A stretch of DNA of 52,530 bases from an uncultured Mycoplasmatota bacterium (GCA_900547465.1 URHJ01000005.1:1-52530), one strand, 5' to 3'. Counted from the first letter of the stretch, positions 17,201 through 25,926 are shown. Numbers and translations are program-made. The notes: generated from the sequence alone by a model not told the origin.

Positions 17201-18900
17201 AAATCTCTAACCATCTTATAATCATCAGTTAAAATAACATAATAAGGTTCATAACTAAGGTAAGATATATCACTACGGTTAGCTTCACCTATTTCAGCAC
17301 GATGTCTAAACTCCTTTTCTAAATATAAAGAAATTTCCTTCATATCATCTATATTAGTAGCATAAAACCTAATAGATTTATCATTATTAAAGCAATGAGG
17401 TAAAACCTTCAAATAATCCCACTTAGAATCATTTTTATCATTAGTAAGAACTACTATTTTTAAATCTTGATAACTATGAAAAGCCATCATCTGTAATAAT
17501 AAACCTTCTATAAAACTTTGTTTTTGTCTACCTTCACCTATAATAGCTGTAATATAATTTTTTACGAATGACAAAGAAATAGGTACATCAACGAGCATAC
17601 GTGATTCTGAAGCAACTTTATAAACAAATTCTCTTAAGTCATCTTCCTCTAACATAAATCTTTCTTCAGGAAATCTTATTTCACCCTCTAATTCGCAAGA
17701 ACCAATTCCCAAACGTAAATCTAAAAAGTCATCTTGCTTAATTTCTCTTTCCCATAAATTTCTTTTTTTATTCATAACAATATTTTCAACTACATCTAAA
17801 GGTAAATAATTATCAATTAATATTTGTCTTTGAATTTTCATTTGAGCAATTATATCTTGATGTTTTTCTTCAACATACTTACGATACTTATCTTGACGTG
17901 TTTTTTCTCTTTTTAATTGTTGTTTTTTTTGATAATTATTAGAAAGCAACGGCCATAATATAGTTGATAAAAGCATAGCAAGAGCCATAATAAGTGTAGG
18001 CATCGCACTATTAATATTCTGTGTTCCATTCATAACACCATTAATTGAAGAATAACCAAACATAACTGAACTCATGGACATAGTAAGCATAGGACCAACT
18101 GTATAAATCATTGGCATTTCATTTGGAGTTTCTTTAGCTGGAGGATCTTCAACTATAATTTGAACAGGTTCTATCTTAGATTTAAAACGAGGTGAACGAA
18201 AGAAATAATCATTTTCATGAAAAAATTCTATGTTTTCATCTTCTACAGTTTCTGAAGCAATTTGTTTTTGAACAATAGGGTCCATTACTTCAAAAGTATT
18301 ATTATCATATTGAATTAAATTACTAATATTATTAATAACTATAAAATTACCCATAATTATTATTTTAAGACCAAGAATAAAAATAATATCCCCATATTCT
18401 AGCTTTTTACTAACAGTAGCATAATTATTAACATAAGTACCATATTTACTAGTCAAATCTTGTACAAACCAAATTCCATCTTTATATATAAGTTTAGCAT
18501 GTTGTTTAGAAAGTAATGGATATTTATATTGAATATGACAATTACTATCATTACCAATTACAAATTCACCATTACGTAAAACCTTAAGTTTAATAAGATC
18601 AGAATCAAAAGATGGAGAACAATATAAAATAACAAACTCATTATCCGTACTAATTTTCAAAAAGTATAAATTGTAGTCTTTTAAATAAGCAGATTCAATT
18701 TCTTCATTACCAGACATAATTTTAGTTTCAAAATCACTTTTAATTTTCCACATACCATCTTCTGCTTCTACATTTATCAAATTTCTGACATTCCCCAAAT
18801 GATCATCATCAGTAATCCAATAATTACCAGATACCTTACTAGGCAAAGAAAAATTATAAATCTTAGTTCTTTTAATAAGTCTAATAATCACAAAAATCAC
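14296..18900 (-). CDS. essC: EssC/YukB-type FtsK/SpoIIIE-family T7SSb ATPase (two N-terminal FHA domains, two TM segments, three ATPase-like domains)
   Basis: FHA-like region IGNDSNCHIQYKYPLLSKQHAKLIYKDGIWFVQDLTSKYGTYVN. TMs MPMIYTVGPMLTMSMSSVMFGY and PTLIMALAMLLSTILWPLL. D1 has Walker A GMTGSGKSE and Walker B FIISDEFAEL. D2 has GSTGSGKE. D3 has no P-loop. GTG start at 18900 or 18891; the latter has GGGGTGA upstream. Confidence 0.9.
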   Translation of the reverse strand: MIFVIIRLIKRTKIYNFSLPSKVSGNYWITDDDHLGNVRNLINVEAEDGMWKIKSDFETKIMSGNEEIESAYLKDYNLYFLKISTDNEFVILYCSPSFDSDLIKLKVLRNGEFVIGNDSNCHIQYKYPLLSKQHAKLIYKDGIWFVQDLTSKYGTYVNNYATVSKKLEYGDIIFILGLKIIIMGNFIVINNISNLIQYDNNTFEVMDPIVQKQIASETVEDENIEFFHENDYFFRSPRFKSKIEPVQIIVEDPPAKETPNEMPMIYTVGPMLTMSMSSVMFGYSSINGVMNGTQNINSAMPTLIMALAMLLSTILWPLLSNNYQKKQQLKREKTRQDKYRKYVEEKHQDIIAQMKIQRQILIDNYLPLDVVENIVMNKKRNLWEREIKQDDFLDLRLGIGSCELEGEIRFPEERFMLEEDDLREFVYKVASESRMLVDVPISLSFVKNYITAIIGEGRQKQSFIEGLLLQMMAFHSYQDLKIVVLTNDKNDSKWDYLKVLPHCFNNDKSIRFYATNIDDMKEISLYLEKEFRHRAEIGEANRSDISYLSYEPYYVILTDDYKMVRDLDIIKDVAAQEVNLGFSLIIVSPRITNLPNECSTFISIGDQKSGVFENELVSNKQKEFVADVLPNLNIYSCAKMLANIPIEMEQEEKNIPSTVTFLEMYNIGMIEQLNILNRWKNNDPTKTLQVPIGLDKNGDQFKLDLHEKFYGPHGLVAGMTGSGKSELIISYILSMAVNFSPYEVSFVLIDYKGGGLAGAFENKNTGVKLPHLAGSITNLDTIEMSRALASIQSELKNRQRKFNIARDNLNESTIDIYKYQRLYREGKVNEPIPHLFIISDEFAELKDQQPEFMDQLISTARIGRSLGVHLILATQKPSGVVDDQIWSNSKFKICLKVQDRSDSMDMIKRPDAAALKNPGRFYLQVGYNELFALGQSAWTGAQYYPTEKRKKKVDTAVDFIDNVGSVIKSFDSSNNFVQVQSQGEELPNIIKYIIKTAKDEGIAIPKLWLDRIPDVIYVEDLKRKYNFVSQPNQVNLVIGEYDDPDNQRQDILTLNLTVDGNTIIYGSTGSGKELLLSSIIYSSITNYNPDEINYYILDFGAETLKMFEKAPQVGGVLTSNDSEKIENLFKMIDEIIEERKKLFADYNGSYLFYLGHSNKKIPLVTIVINNYEAFIDTYDDYEDLILQYTREGAKYGVVFILSTSSTNAIRYRVRQNFKSNLVLQLNDYSDYTDVIQSRNRKYPSRAVGRGLIEKDGVYEFQTAYPYFEAQMSEYIKVICSRLKNICSGSAPKVPVLPEVVTISSVEEAIGKLSSVPVGINKNNLEIATMDFKNNPVSIISSLDYYAERNFFRTFVKLLKKIPYQKIVVIDAAKMFNSTDVSENYINSNFDSIAQVVGKRYKEQKEIYDKNNFDNNALKNNKRNTYVIFGISTFFSRISSDNKTDFCDALMHSRELEVDNFIIVDSADGLKSFAYDDWYKNAVDTSEGLWLGNGITDQYAIKLLTTPRELREEIPENFGYVVHKGKASLVKLVVK

Positions 18901-18987
18901 CCCAGCTTACACTACAAACACTTTCTATTCTAAGATTAATTATAACCTTTTTTCAATGCATTTACAATATATATTTGGAATAATTCA

Positions 18988-20424
18988 TTACTTAGCAACA
19001 GAATTTTTTTTCAAAGAAGTATACTTTTGATAATTAGAAAAACAAGTATTAAAATTATTAATAGAATCATATGAAGAATATAATCCATCAACAATAGATG
19101 AAGAATACTTATAATTAAGATTAATTAAAGAACTTTTTAAAATATTTTTAGTTTTTATGCTATAAATATCTAAATTCTGCTGTAAAACAGTATCCATTAT
19201 GACATTATAAACATTTTCAGCATCTTCATTAAATGCATAATAATAATCATCATTAGTTATTGTAGAATCATTATTATTTCTATGTCTATTATAACTAGTA
19301 GCCATAATCCAAGTTTGAGCAAATTTTGCCTTAGCTACCATAAGTTCATCAGAACACAAAGAACCATCTTTTTCTAAAATACATTGACCTAATGCATTAT
19401 ACTTAATATTATAGTTATCATATATTCCTTTGATTGAATTTAACGAAAAGTCATATCTCGGATAGAAATCAAAAAAAGAATAGGTTTTCCCGATTTCGGA
19501 ATCATCTAAAAAAGGTTTTACTACATTCCTTTCCACACGACAAGAAGATGTATTATTCTTATGTAAATCTATTTCATCAATACATTTTAAAATAGAATTA
19601 TATACCAATTCTTTAAATTCTGCATTGCCATACTTTTTCTTAAAAATATTAAAAATTTTATTATCATATTCCACTTTAGACAATAAATAATCAGAACCTT
19701 TGATTAAATTACCATTATAGTCAAAATATTGAAATGGATTATCGTCTAAATATTTTTTAACAGCTTTTTCAATTCCATCAGAAAAAGACTTGGAAACAAC
19801 TGCTGAAAAAGATAAATGATCATCGCGTACTATATTATCTGCATACCCAATCCAAGAATTTATTTTTGATACTATCAAAGATGGTTCTTCACATCTAGAA
19901 ATAATATCAGGATGTTCATTTTCAAGCTCTTTTAATATTTCGATATTTCTATTTAAGTTCTTTGATGAAGAATAAATAACCATATTATCCTTTCTACCTA
20001 ATGATTCATTTCCAGCTATTTTAAAATAAAAAGGAATATCAACTTGTTTATATTTTTCATATAAATAAGAAGAAAATTTATGAATATCCTCATTTGCAAG
20101 ACATAAATACAATCTACAATCAATATCTTTCGATCTATATCCAACCTTACCAACTTCTTGAGAACGAACACTATACCATCCATTTTGACTAATCAAAGGA
20201 TGAACCCTCAAATTCAATCCAGTTTTTTTATAATCTTTATCAACTTTATCAATAAAATTTACAAAAGCATCAGTATCTATTTCTCCATTTTGATTGCATA
20301 AATCAACATTAATAATATTATATATTTGTTTATATGGTTCTATAAAATAACTAAATCTTTTATTAACATACAAATCTAAAACTTTAAAAATAACATTTTT
20401 ATCTACAATTGAACGTATATCCAT
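18988..20424 (-). CDS. Hypothetical soluble 478-aa protein, first gene upstream of essC
   Basis: Strong SD (GGTAGGAGG) and no TM segment. The segment CRLYLCL...IPFYFKIAGNESLGRKDNMVIY is faintly reminiscent of HopA1 / LanKC-N-terminal-like proteins, but I cannot verify this. Confidence 0.6.
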   Translation of the reverse strand: MDIRSIVDKNVIFKVLDLYVNKRFSYFIEPYKQIYNIINVDLCNQNGEIDTDAFVNFIDKVDKDYKKTGLNLRVHPLISQNGWYSVRSQEVGKVGYRSKDIDCRLYLCLANEDIHKFSSYLYEKYKQVDIPFYFKIAGNESLGRKDNMVIYSSSKNLNRNIEILKELENEHPDIISRCEEPSLIVSKINSWIGYADNIVRDDHLSFSAVVSKSFSDGIEKAVKKYLDDNPFQYFDYNGNLIKGSDYLLSKVEYDNKIFNIFKKKYGNAEFKELVYNSILKCIDEIDLHKNNTSSCRVERNVVKPFLDDSEIGKTYSFFDFYPRYDFSLNSIKGIYDNYNIKYNALGQCILEKDGSLCSDELMVAKAKFAQTWIMATSYNRHRNNNDSTITNDDYYYAFNEDAENVYNVIMDTVLQQNLDIYSIKTKNILKSSLINLNYKYSSSIVDGLYSSYDSINNFNTCFSNYQKYTSLKKNSVAK

Positions 20425-20455
20425 AAAAAGCCTCCTACCAATATAATTAATTATA

Positions 20456-21133
20456 TCATATTTTTTTTATATAATTAATTATCCCCTTAGAGATTGCGAT
20501 AGAAAACTTTTCTTGATAGTCAGATTTCTGTAACAAATATCTATCATCTGCATTAGATAAGAAACCACATTCCATCAAAACACCAACTGTATTAGTATGA
20601 TTATATAAAAATAAATTAGTTTTCTTTACTTCACGAGTTTTAATACCAGCATCTGTAAGTGATTCTGTTAAATTTAAAGCTAATTTATAGTTAAGTGGAT
20701 TGATTGTCGAATATAAAATTTCAGAGCCACCATAATAATAATCAGAATACCAATTCAAGTGTACTGATAAATATATGTCAGACTTTTTCGATTCTATATA
20801 ATTAATTCTTCTCTTTAAATCACTTCTTTTTTTTAGATAATCAGAATCTTTTGAAAAATCTACATCATCTTCTCTTAGTAAATAAACTGTTGCGCCAGCT
20901 TTTTCAAGTTGTTTCTTTAAAGACTTAGAAATTTCTAAATTTAAATCTTTTTCTAATAATTTCCCATATCTAGTACCCGGATCACGACCCCCATGACCAG
21001 GATCAATTGTAATAATAACCCCTTTCAATAACTTAGGCATTTTTTCTGCTTTTACATCATATTCATAAGAAATTAAGAAAAGTGAAATAAAAAATATCAA
21101 TAATAAAAGAATTTTATAATAAACCTTAATCAT
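20456..21133 (-). CDS. cwlD: Germination-specific N-acetylmuramoyl-L-alanine amidase CwlD
   Basis: Signal/anchor LLLLIFFISLFLISY, then ITIDPGHGGRDPG, LEKDLNLE, LSVHLNW and ECGFLSN. It has the conserved position downstream of rplM-rpsI, as in Bacillus subtilis. Confidence 0.85.
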   Translation of the reverse strand: MIKVYYKILLLLIFFISLFLISYEYDVKAEKMPKLLKGVIITIDPGHGGRDPGTRYGKLLEKDLNLEISKSLKKQLEKAGATVYLLREDDVDFSKDSDYLKKRSDLKRRINYIESKKSDIYLSVHLNWYSDYYYGGSEILYSTINPLNYKLALNLTESLTDAGIKTREVKKTNLFLYNHTNTVGVLMECGFLSNADDRYLLQKSDYQEKFSIAISKGIINYIKKI

Positions 21134-21163
21134 AGTTAATTATATGAAAATAAAATTATTTTA

Positions 21164-21454
21164 CTACTTTAATAACTTTTTCATATCATGAAAAGACTCT
21201 AACTTACCTTCCAACATTTTAAATATAGTATCAGCCCCTATAAAAGAAAATAATCCAACCCACAAACTATAAGCTATACTAAAGTCAGTAAATGTTAAAC
21301 AAAAACCTACACTAATAACCATATTTATAACAAAACTATAAATAACTAAGAATTTACTACTGTGAAATCCAATTTTCGTTTTTTGAATAAAAGAACAAGA
21401 TATAGCACTAATAACGATAGACACAAATAATATCTTCTTTAATATAATCTCCAT
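21164..21454 (-). CDS. Small three-TM membrane protein, function unknown
   Basis: ATG 21454 (MEIILKKILFV) has AGGTGA 4 nt upstream. The track start at 21487 lies inside the rpsI terminator hairpin. Confidence 0.55.
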   Translation of the reverse strand: MEIILKKILFVSIVISAISCSFIQKTKIGFHSSKFLVIYSFVINMVISVGFCLTFTDFSIAYSLWVGLFSFIGADTIFKMLEGKLESFHDMKKLLK

Positions 21455-21476
21455 AATATCACCTACTAAAGTATAT

Positions 21477-21507
21477 GAAAAAGACACTGAATATATATCA
21501 GTGTCTT
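21477..21507 (-). terminator. Rho-independent terminator of rplM-rpsI
   Basis: AAGACACTGA-atatata-TCAGTGTCTT, a 10-bp perfect stem, lies 14 nt after the rpsI stop. A U-run follows on the minus strand. Confidence 0.8.
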
Positions 21508-21520
21508 CAAAACAGTAATC

Positions 21521-21943
21521 TTATCTCTTACTAAATTGTGGAGCACGACGTGCTTTCTTTAAACCTGGTTTTTTACGTTCTTTCTTACGTGCATCTCTAG
21601 TAACAAATCCAGCAACTTTTAAAGTTTTACGGAAACTATTTTCACTATCAGCTGGTGTAGTCTTATCATAATCAAGTAAAGCTCTAGTAATACCTAAACG
21701 AGTAGCTCCAGCTTGTCCTGACATTCCTCCACCTTTAACTGTTACTTCGATATCAAACATTTCACGAGTATTAGTAATATCTAATGGTTGACATAAATCT
21801 AAAATTAATAATTTATCAGTAAAATATTCTTCTACATCACGACCATTAATAGTAATTTTTCCTGTTCCTGAAGTTAAACTAACACGTGCAACACTAGACT
21901 TTCTACGACCAGTACCAGTATAAACATTATTTTTCTTTGCCAT
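21521..21943 (-). CDS. rpsI: 30S ribosomal protein S9
   Basis: [12 protein letters not shown]...[10 protein letters not shown]...[25 protein letters not shown]. Confidence 0.97.
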   Translation of the reverse strand: MAKKNNVYTGTGRRKSSVARVSLTSGTGKITINGRDVEEYFTDKLLILDLCQPLDITNTREMFDIEVTVKGGGMSGQAGATRLGITRALLDYDKTTPADSENSFRKTLKVAGFVTRDARKKERKKPGLKKARRAPQFSKR

Positions 21944-21955
21944 ACTTTAACCCTC

Positions 21956-22387
21956 CTACTTAACCTCAAGCACTTCTGGCTTTTGAGCCTCATGCTTATG
22001 ATTTTCTCCTGCATATACAAATAATTTCTTGTACATTTGACGTCCTAAACGATTATGTGGAAGCATACCTTTAACAGCTCTTTCCATCATTTCTTCAGGA
22101 TATCTTTCTCTCATTTCTTTTGCAGTTCTTTCTCTTAAACCACCTTGATACATAGAATGGTTATAATAAATCTTCTTATCTTCCTTATTACCAGTTAAAA
22201 CAACCTTTTCAACATTAATAATAATGATATTGTCACCGCAATCAATATGTGGAGTATAAGTAGGTTTATGTTTTCCACGTAAATAAGTAGCAGCTAAAGT
22301 AGCAACTCTACCTAATGGTTTTCCAGCAGCATCAATTACATACCACTTACGATCTACTGTTTCTTTTTTTTGCATATAACTTTTCAT
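21956..22387 (-). CDS. rplM: 50S ribosomal protein L13
   Basis: [16 protein letters not shown]...[21 protein letters not shown]. Confidence 0.97.
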   Translation of the reverse strand: MKSYMQKKETVDRKWYVIDAAGKPLGRVATLAATYLRGKHKPTYTPHIDCGDNIIIINVEKVVLTGNKEDKKIYYNHSMYQGGLRERTAKEMRERYPEEMMERAVKGMLPHNRLGRQMYKKLFVYAGENHKHEAQKPEVLEVK

Positions 22388-22406
22388 ATTTCTTCTCCTT
22401 TTACTT

Positions 22407-22433
22407 AAATTAAGTTTTCCCAGGACTTAATTT
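22407..22433 (-). promoter_or_regulatory. 5' leader hairpin of rplM (possible L13 autoregulatory leader)
   Basis: A perfect 9-bp stem AAATTAAGT/ACTTAATTT with a 9-nt loop lies about 10 nt upstream of the rplM SD and downstream of the promoter at 22463-22491. Confidence 0.4.
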
Positions 22434-22462
22434 ATGTGGGGATAACAAATGTACCAATTAAG

Positions 22463-22491
22463 ATTATACTAAAAATTTCTTTAAAAATCAA
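22463..22491 (-). promoter_or_regulatory. Sigma-A promoter of rplM-rpsI
   Basis: Minus strand reads TTGATT, then a 17-nt spacer, then TATAAT. Confidence 0.7.
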
Positions 22492-22550
22492 CATATTTTT
22501 GTCATAATTTTGACTATTCAAGAAAATTAACAAGTATTTCAATAATGATA

Positions 22551-23294
22551 CTATTTTTTTATATAGTTTTTTCCCTCAATTCCACCAAATCTATTACGTT
22601 TTGTCGCAATTATCATGGATCTTAGTTGTTGCAATTGCTCTACATTTTCAACATTACTAACAATATCATCAAAACTAGGAAGATCATCAGTTTTATTCAT
22701 ACATTGATTAATAATTTTAGATGCTTCTCCATATTTTTTTAAATTTCTTTCTTGAGATATTTTTTCTACCTTTTTCAAATTATCTTCATCTTGCTTAAAT
22801 CTATAAATATTATAATTTTGAATATTTATACATTGAAAATTAATAATAGCTCCACCAATTTCTAACATCATTAATAAAGGTGCAAAAGGTACTTCAAAAA
22901 AAGATAACATACCAAAACAAGAAATTAAAAAAGCATTTTTTACCAAACCTCGTTTATGAACATTCTTATTCCAATTTAAATAATAAATAAAACCTAACGG
23001 ACGATTTATATCCATATGATAATTTATATTTTTTTCACAATTAAATTCTTTATGTACTAACATCTTATGCCTACGGTATTTTTCATTTATCATTTTTTTA
23101 TTGGCACTTGAATGAACCTTTTTAATTTCTTTCCTTCGCTTATAATCAAGAAATTTATCATAATAGTTCAAAAAATTAGGACAAACAAATTTTATCGTTT
23201 TATATTTTAAACCCTCAACCTTAAAAACTACTTTTTGAAATTTTTCCGCACCAAGTAACTTACATCTATTTATTTTATTTTTGTAATCATCCAT
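22551..23294 (-). CDS. Hypothetical membrane protein (basic N-terminus, two central TM segments, coiled C-terminus)
   Basis: 247-aa ORF with GGGGGA SD. The hydrophobic core is AFLISCFGMLSFFEVPFAPLLMMLEIGGAIINF. The AIINFQCINIQNYNIYRF segment weakly resembles the C-terminal motif of diaponeurosporenoate acyltransferase-like membrane proteins (unverified). Confidence 0.55.
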   Translation of the reverse strand: MDDYKNKINRCKLLGAEKFQKVVFKVEGLKYKTIKFVCPNFLNYYDKFLDYKRRKEIKKVHSSANKKMINEKYRRHKMLVHKEFNCEKNINYHMDINRPLGFIYYLNWNKNVHKRGLVKNAFLISCFGMLSFFEVPFAPLLMMLEIGGAIINFQCINIQNYNIYRFKQDEDNLKKVEKISQERNLKKYGEASKIINQCMNKTDDLPSFDDIVSNVENVEQLQQLRSMIIATKRNRFGGIEGKNYIKK

Positions 23295-23314
23295 ACCAAT
23301 TCCCCCAATATAGA

Positions 23315-23620
23315 TTAAATAGATTTATTTTTATCACTTAATACTTTCACAACAGGACCATCCTGTTTCAAATCTAATTCCAGCTCCTTGTTATCTAATT
23401 TAACAATAAGTTCTTCTAATTGCTCATCAGACATTGATTCAATATAATTTTGAGCAAGTGTTATATTAACAGTATTATTAACCAATGACCCTGCTGTTGT
23501 CGCAGTAGAAGTCAAAGTTGTCATAGTATCACCAAAACCATCAGGCTCATCACCTAACAAAGTTACAGCACTATATGTAGTAGTCAACATTTCACTTACA
23601 CTTAAGTTAATTATTCCCAT
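23315..23620 (-). CDS. Hypothetical small acidic protein
   Basis: 101-aa ORF with a strong AGGAGGAA SD. Thr-rich N-terminal half, with an acidic helical C-terminal half. Confidence 0.5.
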   Translation of the reverse strand: MGIINLSVSEMLTTTYSAVTLLGDEPDGFGDTMTTLTSTATTAGSLVNNTVNITLAQNYIESMSDEQLEELIVKLDNKELELDLKQDGPVVKVLSDKNKSI

Positions 23621-23645
23621 ATGATTTCCTCCTATTTAATATATA

Positions 23646-24380
23646 TTAATTATAATTTACTTTTACCAAATATAATCCTTGAGAAGGAGCAGTCTTACCA
23701 TATTTAGATCTATCTCTACTGAGTAATATTTTTTCTACTTCTTCACAAGAAACCTTTTCTTCTCCAACTCTGATTAAAATACCAACCATATTTCTAACTT
23801 GATATCTCAAAAATCCATTACCATGAAATTTAATAATACAATGATCACCATCCTCAACAATTTCAGCAGAATAAATAGTTCTAACACAGTTTTCTTTTTC
23901 TTTATTATCTGTAACAAAAGCCCTAAAGTCATGCTCTCCTACAAATAATTTCAATGCCTCTCTCATCTTTGAAATATTGAGATGATAATTATACTGAAAA
24001 ACATAATTTCGCTCCATTGGTATATATTCTCCCAAGTTTATGTGATATTCATAAATCTTACTTTTAACATTATATCTAGCATGAAAATTATCAGCAACTT
24101 CATAAGTATTAATAACATGAATATCATCAGGTAAATTACTATTTAAAGCTCTCTTTAATTTATGAGGAGTAATTGTTATATCTAAATCAACATGAGCCCA
24201 TTGATCAAGTGCATGAACCCCTTTATCTGTCCTACCAGAAGAGTGAATAGAATGTTTTATTCCGTTGTTAACAATACAAACAGCTTTTTCTAATCTTTCT
24301 TGAATTGTATCCAAATTAGGTTGAATTTGATATCCACTATAATTAGAACCATCATAAGAAAAGTTAATTAAATATCTCAC
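23646..24380 (-). CDS. truA: tRNA pseudouridine(38-40) synthase TruA
   Basis: FSYDGSNYSGYQIQP and the catalytic-Asp context SSGRTDKGVHA. GTG start with AAGGTGA SD. Confidence 0.93.
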   Translation of the reverse strand: MRYLINFSYDGSNYSGYQIQPNLDTIQERLEKAVCIVNNGIKHSIHSSGRTDKGVHALDQWAHVDLDITITPHKLKRALNSNLPDDIHVINTYEVADNFHARYNVKSKIYEYHINLGEYIPMERNYVFQYNYHLNISKMREALKLFVGEHDFRAFVTDNKEKENCVRTIYSAEIVEDGDHCIIKFHGNGFLRYQVRNMVGILIRVGEEKVSCEEVEKILLSRDRSKYGKTAPSQGLYLVKVNYN

Positions 24381-25150
24381 TATTTCACCTTCTTATAAAT
24401 ATCTTTTATTAAATCTCTAATATCTTTAAAGTAACCTAGTTTAGTATTCTTTAAAGAATTAGCTCTATATGTAAACATAACTGTTTTAGGAATAGGAAGT
24501 CCATTCTTAATTAATATTTCTATATAATCATCAAAAACCTCTATTGTATCTCCACCAACAAAAAATTCATTTTTCTCAAAAATTATAACTTTTTTAGTTA
24601 ATGCATAAATATCATCAACATCATAGCATCTAATAAAAAATGTTTTATTATATTGTTCTGCCAACTGACTTAATATATTAATAACAAATTTAGTAGTTTT
24701 CAAATCAAGACCTTCAAAAAAATTATCAAAAACAATCATATTAGGATTAGATAATAAACTAATCGCAAATAATACAAGTCTCTGTTCTGACAAAGAAAGT
24801 AATGATATCTTTTTATTTAAATATTTAGAATCAAGACCAACTATTTTCAAAGAATCTTTAATCTTTTTGTTATAATCTTTTATAACCAAAAATTGATTTA
24901 TTAAAGAATACTTCATATATTCATATACAGATAAGTTAAGATAATCATCACAAATATATGATTCTACAAAACTAATTTTCTTTCTAAAGGCTCTTGTTTC
25001 AGTTTTATTTAATTTTTTAGAATCAACTGTAATAACTGGCTTATTAAATAGTAAGTTTTCTAAATAATTATAAAAATATCTATCTTCATCAATAACACCA
25101 ATAATATTACCAGCTTCTATTTCTATATCTTTTTCAAACTTTATTTCCAT
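24380..25150 (-). CDS. EcfA2 (EcfA')-like ABC ATPase homolog with destroyed nucleotide-binding motifs
   Basis: MEIKFEKD... and the C-terminal NGLPIPKTVMF match EcfA' termini. The P-loop position reads VIDEDRYFYNY, with no GxxxxGK(S/T). The signature is LSLSEQRL and Walker B is MIVFDNFFEGLD. Confidence 0.7.
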   Translation of the reverse strand: MEIKFEKDIEIEAGNIIGVIDEDRYFYNYLENLLFNKPVITVDSKKLNKTETRAFRKKISFVESYICDDYLNLSVYEYMKYSLINQFLVIKDYNKKIKDSLKIVGLDSKYLNKKISLLSLSEQRLVLFAISLLSNPNMIVFDNFFEGLDLKTTKFVINILSQLAEQYNKTFFIRCYDVDDIYALTKKVIIFEKNEFFVGGDTIEVFDDYIEILIKNGLPIPKTVMFTYRANSLKNTKLGYFKDIRDLIKDIYKKVK

Positions 25151-25926
25151 AACTCATTGACCATCCTGTCTATATCTAATACTACATCATCAACCAAATC
25201 ATAATATTTTAATTTTAGTGAAAGATCTACCATAAATGGTAAAGAAAGTCCTACTTTATTAAGTTTACTATCTTCTTTTAAAACATCTAATGGAGAATTT
25301 TTAACACATAAAGTACCATTATTAAAAATGGATAAAGAATCAAATTCTAGTGCCAAATCTAAGTCTTGCGCAGTCGCAACAACTGTAATTCCTCCAATTC
25401 TTCTTAAAATTGAAATTAATTCTTTAGATTGAGCCTCACTTAATTCTAAGAAAACCTGATCTAATAAAAGAATTTTAGGACTATGTAAAAGTTCCAACAT
25501 AATTGAAGCCTTAATTTTCTGAAATATTGTAAGATCAGAAATTGAATTAGTTAAATATTCACTAAGGCCAAAAATTTGAGTAAGATTTTTATATTTCATT
25601 TTTCTCTCAGATGGACTTAAATCTAAATAATCTAATCTATGTAAAATTTCTTGATCCAAATTAGAAAAGATAAAATGAAAACTACCATTATACAAAAAGT
25701 AACCAAATAATGTACTAAACTCTATAGATTTTAAAGAAGAAATATCTCTTTGTTTATAAAAAATCGTATTCTCAGACTCAATAATCCCAGCTAATAGTTT
25801 AATAAATGTTGTTTTACCACATTTATTAGAACCTGTAATAAGATGAAAATCATTCTCTTTAAAAGCTACATTCAAATCCTTAAAACAAGAATTATTCATA
25901 TTTTTCACTGTCAAAATATTAATCAT
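25141..25926 (-). CDS. EcfA1-like ABC ATPase homolog; Walker A retained, other catalytic motifs degenerate
   Basis: Walker A is GSNKCGKTT. The signature position reads LTIFQKIKAS, Walker B reads ILLLDQ (Glu to Gln) and the H-loop reads ATAQD. C-terminal VGLSLPFMVDLSLKL...MVNELWK parallels the Bacillus EcfA C-terminus. ATG 25926 has GAGGTG upstream. Confidence 0.7.
   Translation of the reverse strand: MINILTVKNMNNSCFKDLNVAFKENDFHLITGSNKCGKTTFIKLLAGIIESENTIFYKQRDISSLKSIEFSTLFGYFLYNGSFHFIFSNLDQEILHRLDYLDLSPSERKMKYKNLTQIFGLSEYLTNSISDLTIFQKIKASIMLELLHSPKILLLDQVFLELSEAQSKELISILRRIGGITVVATAQDLDLALEFDSLSIFNNGTLCVKNSPLDVLKEDSKLNKVGLSLPFMVDLSLKLKYYDLVDDVVLDIDRMVNELWK

Noticed and set aside
22403-22415. 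Second palindrome ACTTAA-A-TTAAGT overlapping the rplM leader hairpin, considered as an alternative (antiterminator-like) structure.
   Set aside because: The loop would be a single nucleotide, so it cannot form as a hairpin. It is just a consequence of the AT-rich repeat.
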